This document shows positions 50,953-60,960 of a stretch of DNA of 64,000 bases, piece by piece. The position numbers were made by a program, and so were the translations under genes. The notes under the pieces are model-generated. The model ran no database searches and had not been told where the DNA came from. It saw only the letters and a list, made by a program, of their open reading frames with translations. Where the stretch lies: positions 224,001-288,000 of the forward strand of contig CAVUWD010000006.1 in the NCBI GenBank assembly GCA_963745025.1, given 5' to 3'. The stretch's first letter is position 1. Every line of letters begins with the position of its first letter. The stretch is from an uncultured delta proteobacterium. Lineage in GTDB: Bacteria > Desulfobacterota > Binatia > JACPRU01.

Positions 50953-52476
50953 ATGCTCGCCACGGTCTTGTCGAGCGCGCTCCAGGGAATCGACGCGACG
51001 ATCGTCGACGTCGAGGTCGACCTCGGCCGCGGGTTGCCTCAGCTCCAGATCGTCGGACTTCCCGAGGCCGCCGTGCGGGAAAGCCGCGAACGGGTGCGCT
51101 CGGCGATTCGCAATTCGGGTTACGAGTTCCCGGCCGGGCGCACCACCATCAATCTCGCGCCTGCCGACCTCAAGAAAGAAGGATCGGCCTACGATTTACC
51201 GATCGCGCTCGGTCTGCTCGCCGCGTCGGGGAAGGTGCCGCGCGAGCGCCTTGCCGAGCACGTGGTACTCGGCGAGCTCTCACTCGACGGCCGGGTCAAG
51301 CCCATTCGCGGAGCGCTGGCGGTCGCCGATGCCACCGCCGCCCGCGGCCTGCGCCGGCTCGTGCTTCCCGCGGCGAACGCGCGCGAGGCGGCGCTCGTTT
51401 CCGGCGTGGAGGTTTACGGAGTCGCTTCGCTCGGCGAGGCCGTAGAATTCGTCCGCGGGGCGGTCGCCCTCGAGCCGTGTCGGGTCGACGCGCGTCGCTC
51501 CTTTCTGCGAACGACCGGGCCGGCCCTCGATCTGGCGGAAATCCGCGGGCAGCAGCTCGCCAAGCGTGCGCTCGAGGTCGCCGCCTCAGGAGGCCACAAT
51601 TTGCTTCTGATCGGGCCGCCGGGCGCTGGAAAGACCATGCTGGCGATGCGGATCGCCACGATCCTTCCCGAGCCGACGCTCGCTGAGGCGATCGAGATCA
51701 CCAAGATCCACAGCGTGGCCGGCTTGCTCGACGGCGAGCCGGTGCTCAACGTTCGTCCCTTCCGCACGCCGCACCACACGATCTCCGCCGCCGGCCTCGT
51801 CGGCGGTGGCCCCGTCCCGCGCCCCGGCGAAGTGTCACTCGCCCACAACGGCGTACTGTTCCTCGACGAGCTTCCCGAATTTCCACGCCACGTTCTCGAG
51901 GTGCTGCGCCAGCCGATGGAAGAGCGGCGTGTCACGCTCTCTCGTGCGCTGGGAAGCCTCACCTTTCCCGCGGGCTTCGTGCTCATCGCCGCGATGAACC
52001 CTTGTCCCTGCGGATTCTTCGGCGATCCCCGCCGCGCCTGCCTCTGCTCCGCAGCCGAGGTGCGGCGCTACCGCGGCCGAATTTCCGGACCGCTACTCGA
52101 TCGGATTGATCTGCAGGTCGAGGTGCCGGCGTTGCTGCCGAACGAAATCCGCGGCGGAACGCCGGGCGAGTCATCGGCCGAGGTCCGCCGCCGTGTGGAC
52201 CGAGCTCACAGCCGACAACTTGAACGATTCGCCGGCAAGAGGATCGTCTGCAATTCGCAAATGGGCGCGTGCGATTTGCGAAGTCACTGCGGGCTCGATT
52301 CGGCGGGCGAGCGGCTTCTCGACGCCGCGATCGACCGACTTCACCTGTCGGCAAGAGCTTACGGGCGGATCCTGAAGATCGCACGTACGATCGCGGATCT
52401 GGATGGACGGGATCGGATTCTCGCGCCACACGTGGCCGAATCGATCCAATATCGCACCCTCGATCGGTCGCCGTGA
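50953..52476 (+). CDS. comM: YifB/ComM Mg-chelatase-like AAA+ ATPase
   Basis: INLAPADLKKEG, GPPGAGKT, PGEVSLAHNGVLFLDE, AMNPCPCG and SGPLLDRID. Confidence 0.96.
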   Translation: MLATVLSSALQGIDATIVDVEVDLGRGLPQLQIVGLPEAAVRESRERVRSAIRNSGYEFPAGRTTINLAPADLKKEGSAYDLPIALGLLAASGKVPRERLAEHVVLGELSLDGRVKPIRGALAVADATAARGLRRLVLPAANAREAALVSGVEVYGVASLGEAVEFVRGAVALEPCRVDARRSFLRTTGPALDLAEIRGQQLAKRALEVAASGGHNLLLIGPPGAGKTMLAMRIATILPEPTLAEAIEITKIHSVAGLLDGEPVLNVRPFRTPHHTISAAGLVGGGPVPRPGEVSLAHNGVLFLDELPEFPRHVLEVLRQPMEERRVTLSRALGSLTFPAGFVLIAAMNPCPCGFFGDPRRACLCSAAEVRRYRGRISGPLLDRIDLQVEVPALLPNEIRGGTPGESSAEVRRRVDRAHSRQLERFAGKRIVCNSQMGACDLRSHCGLDSAGERLLDAAIDRLHLSARAYGRILKIARTIADLDGRDRILAPHVAESIQYRTLDRSP

Positions 52477-52530
52477 ACGGGTCTCGAAACGAAACCTCCC
52501 GATTGGCGCGAGAGTCGATCTCCACCCGTT

Positions 52531-54969
52531 TCAGCGATAGATCTCCATCAGCTCGATCACGCCGAGCTTCTTCATCATCCCGAACAGGTAACCCTTGATC
52601 TCCTGAGCGCTCGGCATCTCGAGCACTTTGTGCGCTATTTCCCGAGCCGTCGCGTGTTCGATGCTGCGCACCAGCCGCTTGATCGAGGGGATGTAGAACG
52701 ATCCCATGCTCAGCTGATCGATACCAAACCCGATCAGCACCAGCGCGCAAAGCGGATTCGCCGCCATCTCGCCGCAGATCCCGAGTGGCTTTCCGGCCTT
52801 CTTCGCAGCACGAACGGTGGCGGCGACCGCCCGCAGCACGGCCGGATGCAGCGGCTCGTAGAGCGGAGATACTTTGCGGTTGTTGCGGTCGACCGCCAGC
52901 AGGTACTGGGTCAAATCGTTGGTGCCGAGGCTCAGGAAGTCGACCTCGCGCGCCAGCTCTTCGGCCTGCATCACGGCCGAGGGGACCTCGACCATGATAC
53001 CGACCGGCATGCCCTCGTCGAAGGGGATCCCGGCTTGCCGCAACTCCCGCCGCGCCTCTTCGAGGAGCTCCTTGGTGCGCCACACCTCTTCGAGACTCGA
53101 GATCATCGGCACCAACAGCCGCACACGGGCGTGCACGCTGGCGCGAAGGATCGCCCGGAGTTGCACTTTGAAGAGGTCCGGCAGCTCGAGCGAGATGCGG
53201 ATCGAGCGCCAGCCGAGGAAGGGGTTCTCCTCCTTGGCGAGCCGCAGGTAGCTCGGATACTTGTCGGCACCGAGATCGAGCGTGCGCAGCGTGAGGCGCT
53301 TCGGGCCAAGCGCGGCGATCACGCGGCGGTAGAGGCGAAGCTGCTCCTCCTCGTCGGGAAACTCGCGATACGTGAGAAAGGGAAACTCGGTTCGGTAGAG
53401 CCCGACCCCCTCGGCCCCGTGGCGATTGGCGAAGGCCAAATCCCCCAGCAGCCCGATGTTGGCTTCGAGAGTGACACGGTGGCCGTCCAGAGTCTCGGCG
53501 GGCAAATCGTGCAGCGACTCGAGATCTCGGTTGAAGGCACGATATTCCCGGTCGAGCCGCTCGTACTCCGCGAGCACGTCCTTCGAAGGCCGAACGTAGA
53601 CGATGCCCGAGTTGCCGTCCACGATCAGAAGGTCGCTCTCCTGCACGGATTCGAGCAGTGAATCGACGCCCACGACGGTCGGGATCTCGAAGGATTTGGC
53701 GAGAATCGTCGCGTGCGATGTGGCGCCACCGGTGGCGAGCGCGATGCCGGTCAGGTGCTCCGGCTCGATGGCGGCTAGATCCGAAAGTGTCAGCTCCTCG
53801 GCGATGAGGATCCCCTCTTCCGGCAGCTCGCGTGCATCCTCGACACCGAGCAGGTTCCGGAGCAGCCGGTGTCCGATGTCACGCACGTCGGTCGCCCGTT
53901 CGCGGAGGTAGCGATCGGTCATGCGCGCGAACGCTCCGACGTACTCGTCGATCGTGAACTGCAGCGCCGTTTCCGCAGCGAAGCCGTCGTCGATGAACCC
54001 GCGAATCTTGTCGAGGAAGCTCTTGTCCTCGAGCATCATCCGGTGTGTGTCGAAGAGGCTCGAGTCTACTTCCGGCACGCGATCGCTCATCCGCGACTTG
54101 AGGCCCTCGACTTCGCCGAGAGCTTGCCGAAGCGCCTTCTGGAAGCGCTCCCACTCCAAAGAAGGATTGTCGCTGCGTAGCTCGCCCACCTGGTCGAAGC
54201 TCACCAGCGGACGCAGCACGTGCGCGCGACCGATACCAAAGCCGGGCGCAGCGGGGACACCCACCAGGCGCGACGCGCGGGGGCCGTCTTCGACCGATGG
54301 CTGGTCGGCGTCCTGCCGCTTCTCGTACGCGCGCAGCTGCTGGATCGCGGAGACCATGCGCTGGCGGTATTCGTTCCGTTCCTTCTCCTTGCTCTCCAGC
54401 GACTCCGAGAGCCGAAGCTGAACGATGATGCTCGCAACCTGAGCCGCGATGGCCTTCATGAGACGGAGTTCGTCACCACCGAAGCGCCGCCGCCGCAGCG
54501 TCTGCACGACGAGCACGCCGAGAGGCTTCTTCCGCTCCACCACCGGAACGCCCAGAAACGAGTGGTAACGCTCCTCACCCGTCTCGGGGAAATACTTGTA
54601 GCGGGGATGGGCGAGCGCATCGACGACCATCACCGGCTCGAGGCGTTCGAGCACGAGGCCCGTGAGCCCTTCTTTGAGTCCCATGTGCACCTTGCCGATG
54701 GTCGCCTTGTTCAGGCCCTCGGTGGCCCAGAGCGTCAACCGGTGTGCACGCGGTTCGTAGATGTAGAGCGAGCAGACCTCCGTGCTCGTCCTCTCGGCGA
54801 CCACCCGCACGATGCTTTCGAGCGACTCCTGGAGGTCGTGCGAGCTCGAGAGAATCGCGCCGATGTCCTCGAGGACCGAGAGGCCGTGGGAAGCCGGGCG
54901 TGCGCGTGCCGGGTTCGCGTGGCTTCGGCGCGCCCTCTTGACTGCGGGCGTTTCTTTGGCGCGATTCAT
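52531..54969 (-). CDS. ptsP: GAF-containing PEP-protein phosphotransferase (enzyme I-Ntr)
   Basis: N-terminal GAF (HPRYKYFPETGEERYHSFLGVP); GGATSHATI, GLYRTEF and SLGTNDLTQY. Confidence 0.95.
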   Translation of the reverse strand: MNRAKETPAVKRARRSHANPARARPASHGLSVLEDIGAILSSSHDLQESLESIVRVVAERTSTEVCSLYIYEPRAHRLTLWATEGLNKATIGKVHMGLKEGLTGLVLERLEPVMVVDALAHPRYKYFPETGEERYHSFLGVPVVERKKPLGVLVVQTLRRRRFGGDELRLMKAIAAQVASIIVQLRLSESLESKEKERNEYRQRMVSAIQQLRAYEKRQDADQPSVEDGPRASRLVGVPAAPGFGIGRAHVLRPLVSFDQVGELRSDNPSLEWERFQKALRQALGEVEGLKSRMSDRVPEVDSSLFDTHRMMLEDKSFLDKIRGFIDDGFAAETALQFTIDEYVGAFARMTDRYLRERATDVRDIGHRLLRNLLGVEDARELPEEGILIAEELTLSDLAAIEPEHLTGIALATGGATSHATILAKSFEIPTVVGVDSLLESVQESDLLIVDGNSGIVYVRPSKDVLAEYERLDREYRAFNRDLESLHDLPAETLDGHRVTLEANIGLLGDLAFANRHGAEGVGLYRTEFPFLTYREFPDEEEQLRLYRRVIAALGPKRLTLRTLDLGADKYPSYLRLAKEENPFLGWRSIRISLELPDLFKVQLRAILRASVHARVRLLVPMISSLEEVWRTKELLEEARRELRQAGIPFDEGMPVGIMVEVPSAVMQAEELAREVDFLSLGTNDLTQYLLAVDRNNRKVSPLYEPLHPAVLRAVAATVRAAKKAGKPLGICGEMAANPLCALVLIGFGIDQLSMGSFYIPSIKRLVRSIEHATAREIAHKVLEMPSAQEIKGYLFGMMKKLGVIELMEIYR

Positions 54970-54989
54970 GGAACGCGGTGGATGATACC

Positions 54990-55811
54990 TCAGGCCCCGT
55001 GCAACCGAGAAGAGGCGTTGCCTTGACGGAAATCGAGGATGGCTCGGCCCCCACCGAGGCGAGCCGCGCGGCGCAGCCGTGCCTCGACGAAGCGCTTGGC
55101 ACGGCTCACGGCTTCATCGATGCCTCGTCCGGCGGCGAGGTGCGCCGCCAAGGCCGCCGAGAACACGCAGCCGGTGCCGTGTGCATCCTTGCCGATGCGG
55201 CGCCCGGAGACCCGGCGGATTCCCCGCCGGTCCGCTACGACGTCGATCGGATCACCGGCGAAATGTCCGCCCGTAACCACGACGGCTCGCGGACCGAGTT
55301 CGAGGATGCGTCGGCAGGCTTCCGCGGCGCTATCGAGGTCGACGACCTCGATCGCCGCGAGCATCGAAGCTTCTGCCAGATTCGGCGTCACCACCCGCGC
55401 GAGCGGCAGCAGCGACTCGCGAAGCGCGCATACACCTCCGCGGTCGAGAAGCTCCGCTCCGCTGGTCGAGCGAATGACGGGATCGACGACGAGGTTCCGT
55501 GGCCGCGCGCGCGCCAGCGCCGCCGCCACCGCCTCGACCACCGATCGGTTGCAGAGCATTCCCGTCTTGACGACGTCCGCGCCAAGGTCGTCGAGCACCG
55601 CCTCGATCTGACGGGCAACGAGTGCCGCCGACACCGGGCGGACTTCCAAGACCCCGCGCGTGTCCTGAACGGTCAGCGCGGTTACCGCGCTCGAGCCGAA
55701 TACTCCGAGCGCCGCGAACGTCGCGAGATCGGCCTGGAGCCCGGCGCCGCCACTCGTGTCCGAGCCCGCGACGGTGAGCGCACGCAGGGGTTTGCCGCGC
55801 GCTCGCTTCAT
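54990..55811 (-). CDS. thiD: Hydroxymethylpyrimidine/phosphomethylpyrimidine kinase
   Basis: AGSDTSGGAGLQADL, VKTGML, TPNLAEA and HGTGCVFSAA. Confidence 0.93.
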   Translation of the reverse strand: MKRARGKPLRALTVAGSDTSGGAGLQADLATFAALGVFGSSAVTALTVQDTRGVLEVRPVSAALVARQIEAVLDDLGADVVKTGMLCNRSVVEAVAAALARARPRNLVVDPVIRSTSGAELLDRGGVCALRESLLPLARVVTPNLAEASMLAAIEVVDLDSAAEACRRILELGPRAVVVTGGHFAGDPIDVVADRRGIRRVSGRRIGKDAHGTGCVFSAALAAHLAAGRGIDEAVSRAKRFVEARLRRAARLGGGRAILDFRQGNASSRLHGA

Positions 55812-56959
55812 TGGCTGCGGCAAAATGCAGCCACCGTCTCGACCACGTGATCGAGCTGTTCGTCCGTGAGTTCGGGATAGATGGGGAGCGCGAGGCACTC
55901 CCGGCTCGCACGCTCCGCCTCCGGAAACTGCCCCGCGCGGAATCCGAGTGGGGCGAAGCAAGGCTGCCGGTGAAGGGGGATCGGGTAGTAAACCTGCGTC
56001 TCGACGCCCGCCTCGCCGAGCGCGGCCCGCAGCTCGTCGCGCCGGTCGGCGCGGAGCACGTATTGATGGAAGACGTGCTCCTCTCCGGCGTCCTGCGGAA
56101 GCCGGATCCAGCGTGGCTCGAGGCCGGCCTCGCGAAAGCGCCGCGAGTACGCGGTGGCTCGCTCGCGCCGCGCCGCGTTCCAGCGCTCGAGGTGCGGCAG
56201 CTTCACCGAGAGCAGCGCCGCCTGGAGCGCATCGAGCCGCGAATTCACCCCGACCCGCTCGTGAACGTAGCGCTGCACGCCGCCATGCGTGCGCAGCATC
56301 CGCACGCGCTCGGCCATTCGATCGTCCGCACAAAGCACCATGCCGGCATCGCCGGCGGCGCCGAGATTCTTCGAGGGGAAGAAGGAGAGCGCGCCGAACA
56401 AGCCGAACGTGCCGGCCATGCGCACCGTCGTCCCCTCCCCCGTGCGGCCGCGCGCGCCGACCGCTTGCGCCGCGTCTTCGACGATCGTCGCACCGTGCTC
56501 GGCGGTGGTCCTCGATAGCGCCGCCATCGGCGCGACTCGCCCGTAGAGATGGACGGGCATCAGCACGGTGCGCCGCGCCGAGCGCGCCGTCTCCGCGAGC
56601 GCGGCGGCGACCGCGGCAGGCGCGAGATTGAACGTCTCGGGATCGATGTCGGCGAAGACCAGGCGGGCACCGGTTCGCGCGATCGAGCCGGCGGTGGCGA
56701 AGAACGTGAACGGCGTCGTCACCACCGCGTCCTCCGGCCCGATCTCGAGAGCCATCAACGCGAGCAGCAGCGCGTCGCTGCCCGAGGCGACTCCGATCGC
56801 GTGCCGCGTCCCCGTATAGGCCCTCATCTCGGCTTCGAAGCGCTCGACGGTCGGGCCGAGGACGAACTGCTGGTCGGCGAATACCTGCGCCACCGCGCGC
56901 TCGGCGTCGTGGCGGATCGTCTCGTACTGCGCCCGCAGATCCAGCAGCGGAACTCTCAC
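55808..56959 (-). CDS. DegT/DnrJ/EryC1/StrS PLP-dependent sugar aminotransferase
   Basis: VPLLDL, PVHLYG, EDAAQA, SFFPSKNLG and NSRLDALQA; GTG start overlaps the upstream stop. Confidence 0.93.
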   Translation of the reverse strand: MRVPLLDLRAQYETIRHDAERAVAQVFADQQFVLGPTVERFEAEMRAYTGTRHAIGVASGSDALLLALMALEIGPEDAVVTTPFTFFATAGSIARTGARLVFADIDPETFNLAPAAVAAALAETARSARRTVLMPVHLYGRVAPMAALSRTTAEHGATIVEDAAQAVGARGRTGEGTTVRMAGTFGLFGALSFFPSKNLGAAGDAGMVLCADDRMAERVRMLRTHGGVQRYVHERVGVNSRLDALQAALLSVKLPHLERWNAARRERATAYSRRFREAGLEPRWIRLPQDAGEEHVFHQYVLRADRRDELRAALGEAGVETQVYYPIPLHRQPCFAPLGFRAGQFPEAERASRECLALPIYPELTDEQLDHVVETVAAFCRSQ

Positions 56960-57831
56960 CCCGCCGCTCCCGCTCGAGGGCGAAAGACGAGCGAGGCGTA
57001 GCTCACCGAGTGCTCGTAGTCTCCGGTCACGTCGAGCGAGGTCGAGTACGCGGCGACTTCCCCGACGAGGCGCCGTGCGCACAGGTGCAGAAAGGCCGTG
57101 ATCGGCCCTCGGCCACAGACCGTGATGCCCGTCGCGTGCACGTAGCGCTCGAACCCGTCGACGTCGCCATGGCAGATCCGATCGATCGCACCAAAGTCGA
57201 GACGGCGAAGCTCCTCGGAAACGAACTCGGGTCCGTCCGGAGGAAACGGCAAGTAGCCGAACTGCGCCCCGTAATGCGTGAAGTCGGAGCTGACGACGAA
57301 GAGCGTGTCCCCGTCGTCGAGCACGCCGAGCGCCGGTGCGAGCGCGGCAAGCTGCGTGGAATCGTCGGGCGCGCCCACCAGCACGGGCACCAGCTCGATG
57401 GACGGATCAACGACTTGCAGAAACGGCAGCTCGATTTCCAGAGAATGCTCGCGCGCATACGGCCGAGCCGTCGCGGTGAACAGATCGCACGCGGCGAGCT
57501 CCCGCGCCGCTTCGCGGTCGACGCGAACGACGCCGAGCGGTGTCGCAAAACCCGCTCCCGGAAACACCGCCGCTCCGGCGAAGGCGTGGTAGTGACTGGG
57601 GGCGACGACGACCGCCCGGTGCCAGCGCCCGCGGCCAACCTTCGCGAACGCCGCGCCGGCGGCTTTTCCGGAATAGCGGTAACCGGCGTGCGGTACGAGG
57701 ATCGCGCGAAGCGCGGGATCCGCGCTCCGCCTCTCGCCGAGGAATCGCTCCACGTTGGCGCGCAACTCTTCGGGATCCTCTGGATACCAGCTTCCGGCGA
57801 GGTTCGCGGAATGGATTTCGACGGTGCTCAT
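56956..57831 (-). CDS. amrB: AmmeMemoRadiSam system protein B (MEMO1 family)
   Basis: AGSWYP, PHAGYRYSG, EHSLEIELPFLQ, SSDFTHYG, TVCG and VSYAS. Confidence 0.93.
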   Translation of the reverse strand: MSTVEIHSANLAGSWYPEDPEELRANVERFLGERRSADPALRAILVPHAGYRYSGKAAGAAFAKVGRGRWHRAVVVAPSHYHAFAGAAVFPGAGFATPLGVVRVDREAARELAACDLFTATARPYAREHSLEIELPFLQVVDPSIELVPVLVGAPDDSTQLAALAPALGVLDDGDTLFVVSSDFTHYGAQFGYLPFPPDGPEFVSEELRRLDFGAIDRICHGDVDGFERYVHATGITVCGRGPITAFLHLCARRLVGEVAAYSTSLDVTGDYEHSVSYASLVFRPRAGAAG

Positions 57832-57837
57832 CCCAGC

Positions 57838-58635
57838 TCACGGCCCAATCGCTGCAACGAGCGCCGTCATCGTTTCGCCTGCCTTGCCCCGCAGCAGCAC
57901 GGTTGCGAGTCGGTCGCACGGCGTGGGCTCGAAATTGACGATGATGAGCTTCGCTCCCGACTCGACGGCGCGGACGGGCAAGTATGCGGCCGGATGCACC
58001 ACCAGCGACGAGCCGATGACGAGAAACACCTCGGCGCGCTCGGCGTGCTCGAAGGCGAGCGCCGTCTCCCTCTCTGGCATCGCTTGGCCGAACGACACCG
58101 TGGCCGGCTTGAGAATACCCCCGCACGAGCGGCACTCGGGTGCCCCCTCCCCCGCTTGCACCCGCGCTTGGACGTCCTCACGCGGCAGGCGATCGCCGCA
58201 CGAGAGGCAAACCACCGAAAGCGCCGTGCCGTGGATCTCGATCACCCGCTCGGGCGAGCTCCCGGCCCGCTGGTGCAGGCCGTCGATGTTCTGAGTGATC
58301 ACCGCGCGCACGCGCCCTCGTCGCTCGAGCTCGGCCACCGCATGATGTGCCGCATTCGGCTCCGCCGCTGCGAGCACCGGATGAATGTCCAGGCTCATCT
58401 TCCAATAGCGTTCCCGATGCGCGCGATTGGCGACGAAATTCTGATAGGTGAATTCCTCCGGATCGTATTTCGTCCAGATCCCACCCGGGCTGCGAAAATC
58501 CGGGATGCCGGACTCGGTGCTGATACCCGCGCCGGTGAGGACCACGACATTCCGCGACTGTGACAACAGCTCCGCGGCGTGTTGGAGAGGCGAGGACAAC
58601 ACCGCGATTTTTTCACTCGTCGGGGAGTCGGTCAA
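57838..58635 (-). CDS. cobB: Sir2-family NAD-dependent protein deacylase
   Basis: TGAGISTESGIPDFRS, ITQNIDGLHQ, HG, two CxxC motifs and GSSL. Confidence 0.95.
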   Translation of the reverse strand: MTDSPTSEKIAVLSSPLQHAAELLSQSRNVVVLTGAGISTESGIPDFRSPGGIWTKYDPEEFTYQNFVANRAHRERYWKMSLDIHPVLAAAEPNAAHHAVAELERRGRVRAVITQNIDGLHQRAGSSPERVIEIHGTALSVVCLSCGDRLPREDVQARVQAGEGAPECRSCGGILKPATVSFGQAMPERETALAFEHAERAEVFLVIGSSLVVHPAAYLPVRAVESGAKLIIVNFEPTPCDRLATVLLRGKAGETMTALVAAIGP

Positions 58636-58692
58636 TCACGCGACCGCGCCGGCGGCATGAGCCGGCAAAGGGCTACCACCCGAACCTCTACC

Positions 58693-59691
58693 TCACGACA
58701 AGAACTGCCACTTCGTCATCGTCCACATGTCGCTCCAGCTGCCGCCGAGCTTGCGGACGACGGAGGGCTCGAAGCCCGAGTGCATGAAACAGTTCTGGCA
58801 GCGCTCGTCCTCGCGGCGCTCCCAATAGTCCCAGTCGACCTGGCTCCAGAACTCGTCCCAGGTCGGATAGTACTTCTCGCCGATCAGATAGCAGGGCCCC
58901 TTCCAGCCAAGCGGCGTGCGCGTGACGTTGCCCCACGGCGTGCAGGGGTATTCGCGTCGGCCGGCGGCGAACTCGAGGAACAGCGGCGTGTTGTAGACTG
59001 GATATCTGGCCGCGAGCGCGAGAACATGGGTGAACTTCTCGTGGATCTCCTTGCGGAACATGAAATGGTCAGTGGACAGCTTCTCGTAACTGTATCCGGG
59101 CGAGATGAACATGCCCTTGACGCCGAGTCCGGCCAGCAGCCGCATCATCTCTTCGATCTCTTCGATCGAGGTTTCCCTGAAGACCGTCGTGTTGGTGCAG
59201 ACGTTGTAACCGAGAGAGAGGCCCTTCTCGATCATCGCAATCGCCTTGTCGAACACCCCGTCGCGGTCGCAAACGAAGTCGTGCGTCTCCCTCATGCCGT
59301 CGAGGTGGACGTTGATCGACAAGCGGGAGTCCGGCTTGGCCTTCTCGAAGAAGCGGTCCAACAGGATGCCGTTCGTGCAGAGATAGATGTGGCGTTTGCG
59401 CTCGATGGCGGCCTCGACGAGCGGAACGAGCTCCGGATAAATCGTCGGCTCACCTCCGCAGATCGAGATAACTGGAGCACCGGACTCATCCAGCGCCTGG
59501 ACGCACTGGTCGAGGGAAAGGCGTTTACGGATGTCGCCCGTATGCCGTTCCGGGGTGCAGCCGAGGCACGCGAGATTGCACGTATAGAGCGGCTCGAGCA
59601 TCAAAACGAGCGGAAACCGCTTGTTTCCCTTGAGTTTGTTCTTAACCTGCCACCGCATCATATCGGTGGTGATGTGCATCGGAAAGCGCAT
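58693..59691 (-). CDS. hpnH: Adenosyl-hopene transferase (radical SAM)
   Basis: RFPLVLMLEPLYTCNLACLGC, CTPWGNVT..GWKGPCYL and CQNCFMHSGFEPS. Confidence 0.93.
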   Translation of the reverse strand: MRFPMHITTDMMRWQVKNKLKGNKRFPLVLMLEPLYTCNLACLGCTPERHTGDIRKRLSLDQCVQALDESGAPVISICGGEPTIYPELVPLVEAAIERKRHIYLCTNGILLDRFFEKAKPDSRLSINVHLDGMRETHDFVCDRDGVFDKAIAMIEKGLSLGYNVCTNTTVFRETSIEEIEEMMRLLAGLGVKGMFISPGYSYEKLSTDHFMFRKEIHEKFTHVLALAARYPVYNTPLFLEFAAGRREYPCTPWGNVTRTPLGWKGPCYLIGEKYYPTWDEFWSQVDWDYWERREDERCQNCFMHSGFEPSVVRKLGGSWSDMWTMTKWQFLS

Positions 59692-59735
59692 GCCGTTTCT
59701 TCCTCCGCTCGGCTTACGGGTGCTTGACCATCTGG

Positions 59736-60527
59736 TCAGGAACTTCCTTTAGCGGACGTCACTGATTTTGGCAACACACCATCGTGCGACAAGCCCCGAA
59801 TCAATTCGCGATGGACGGCCGCCAGGGCGCGGCGGCACTTTAGAGTGGCGGCCGCCAGCCGAGCGAGCTCGAGGATCAGCGCCGGCCTCCGTCCGATCGC
59901 GCGAAGCAGCAACCGAGCCGATGGGCTACCCGCATCGGTCGTGATCCCCGGGATCTCCGGCGGGAGTGACGTCTCTACCGGATCGAGAATCACCCGCGCG
60001 GCGGCGAACTCGATGCCGGCCGCTTGGGCCCATTCGGCAAGCGCCGCACCCTCCATTTCTACCGCCCGAGCGTTCGCTTCCTCGCCGAGGCGCCGCTTTT
60101 CTTCCGAACCCAAGAGCACCCTTGAGGTCGTCAACATGCGGCTCTCCCAGACGGGCACCCGGGCGTCTACCGCCGCCCTGCGGTAGCGCTCGCGCCAGGC
60201 GGCGTTGGTGGCGATCGCGCCCCCGCGAGCGTCGACGATCTCTTCGGCAACAACTACGTCGCCGCTACGGGGTCCCGCGACGAGTGAGCCGGCACAGCCG
60301 GTCGAAAGCACGACGGTCGGTCGCATGACCTCCGCCGCCCACCGAATCGCCGCCCTGGCACGTTCGGATCCCATTCCAGTTTGCAGGATCCACAGGCCTC
60401 GGTGCTGCTCGTTGCCCCGCAACATCCTAGCGCCGTCCTTGCGACCAAACGGAAGCGCATCGATTTCGCGAGCGATCGCAGCCCTCTCCCAACCCAGCGC
60501 AACGACGAACAAAATTCCGCATTCCAT
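59736..60527 (-). CDS. Nucleoside phosphorylase family protein, HpnG-like by context
   Basis: TGMG, STGCAGSL, AVEMEGAA and RVILD; directly upstream of hpnH. Confidence 0.78.
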   Translation of the reverse strand: MECGILFVVALGWERAAIAREIDALPFGRKDGARMLRGNEQHRGLWILQTGMGSERARAAIRWAAEVMRPTVVLSTGCAGSLVAGPRSGDVVVAEEIVDARGGAIATNAAWRERYRRAAVDARVPVWESRMLTTSRVLLGSEEKRRLGEEANARAVEMEGAALAEWAQAAGIEFAAARVILDPVETSLPPEIPGITTDAGSPSARLLLRAIGRRPALILELARLAAATLKCRRALAAVHRELIRGLSHDGVLPKSVTSAKGSS

Positions 60528-60636
60528 GAATTTGTTCTCTTTGCTTGTACCGCGGCGAAATCCGGGGTTCGGCTCACTCCCTATCGCGAAGCTGCAGAAT
60601 CGTCACGCGGAAGCGAGCTGGAGACTAACTCCCGCC

Positions 60637-60880
60637 GTAACGCCTCAGTCTTCGCCTCGAATGCTTCGGAACGACGAAGAGCGCGGTCGGTTGTGATCGG
60701 CCCGTACTCGGGTCGATCACAACCGACCGGAGCGCGGAAGCCAATAACCCACGAGATGGTCTATTGCTTTCCGCGCTTGCGCGCGGTGGCTGGATCTTCC
60801 GGTCGACCCGAGCACGGGCCGACCGGAAGATCCAGCGCTTCAAAAATTTCCAGCGCGTGTGGCCAAGACTGAGGCATTAC
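60637..60880 (+). mobile_element. MITE with IS66-type ends, copy 2
   Basis: TIRs GTAACGCCTCAGTCTTCGCC and GGCCAAGACTGAGGCATTAC (18/20); exact 8-bp direct repeat CTCCCGCC at 60629-60636 and 60881-60888; no credible CDS inside. Confidence 0.85.
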
Positions 60881-60960
60881 CTCCCGCCCGTCTCGCCCGG
60901 CTTCGAGCCGTCACACGGTGTTGACCGCGTTTTCGACGGCGCGTAGTCTTTCGCACCGAG

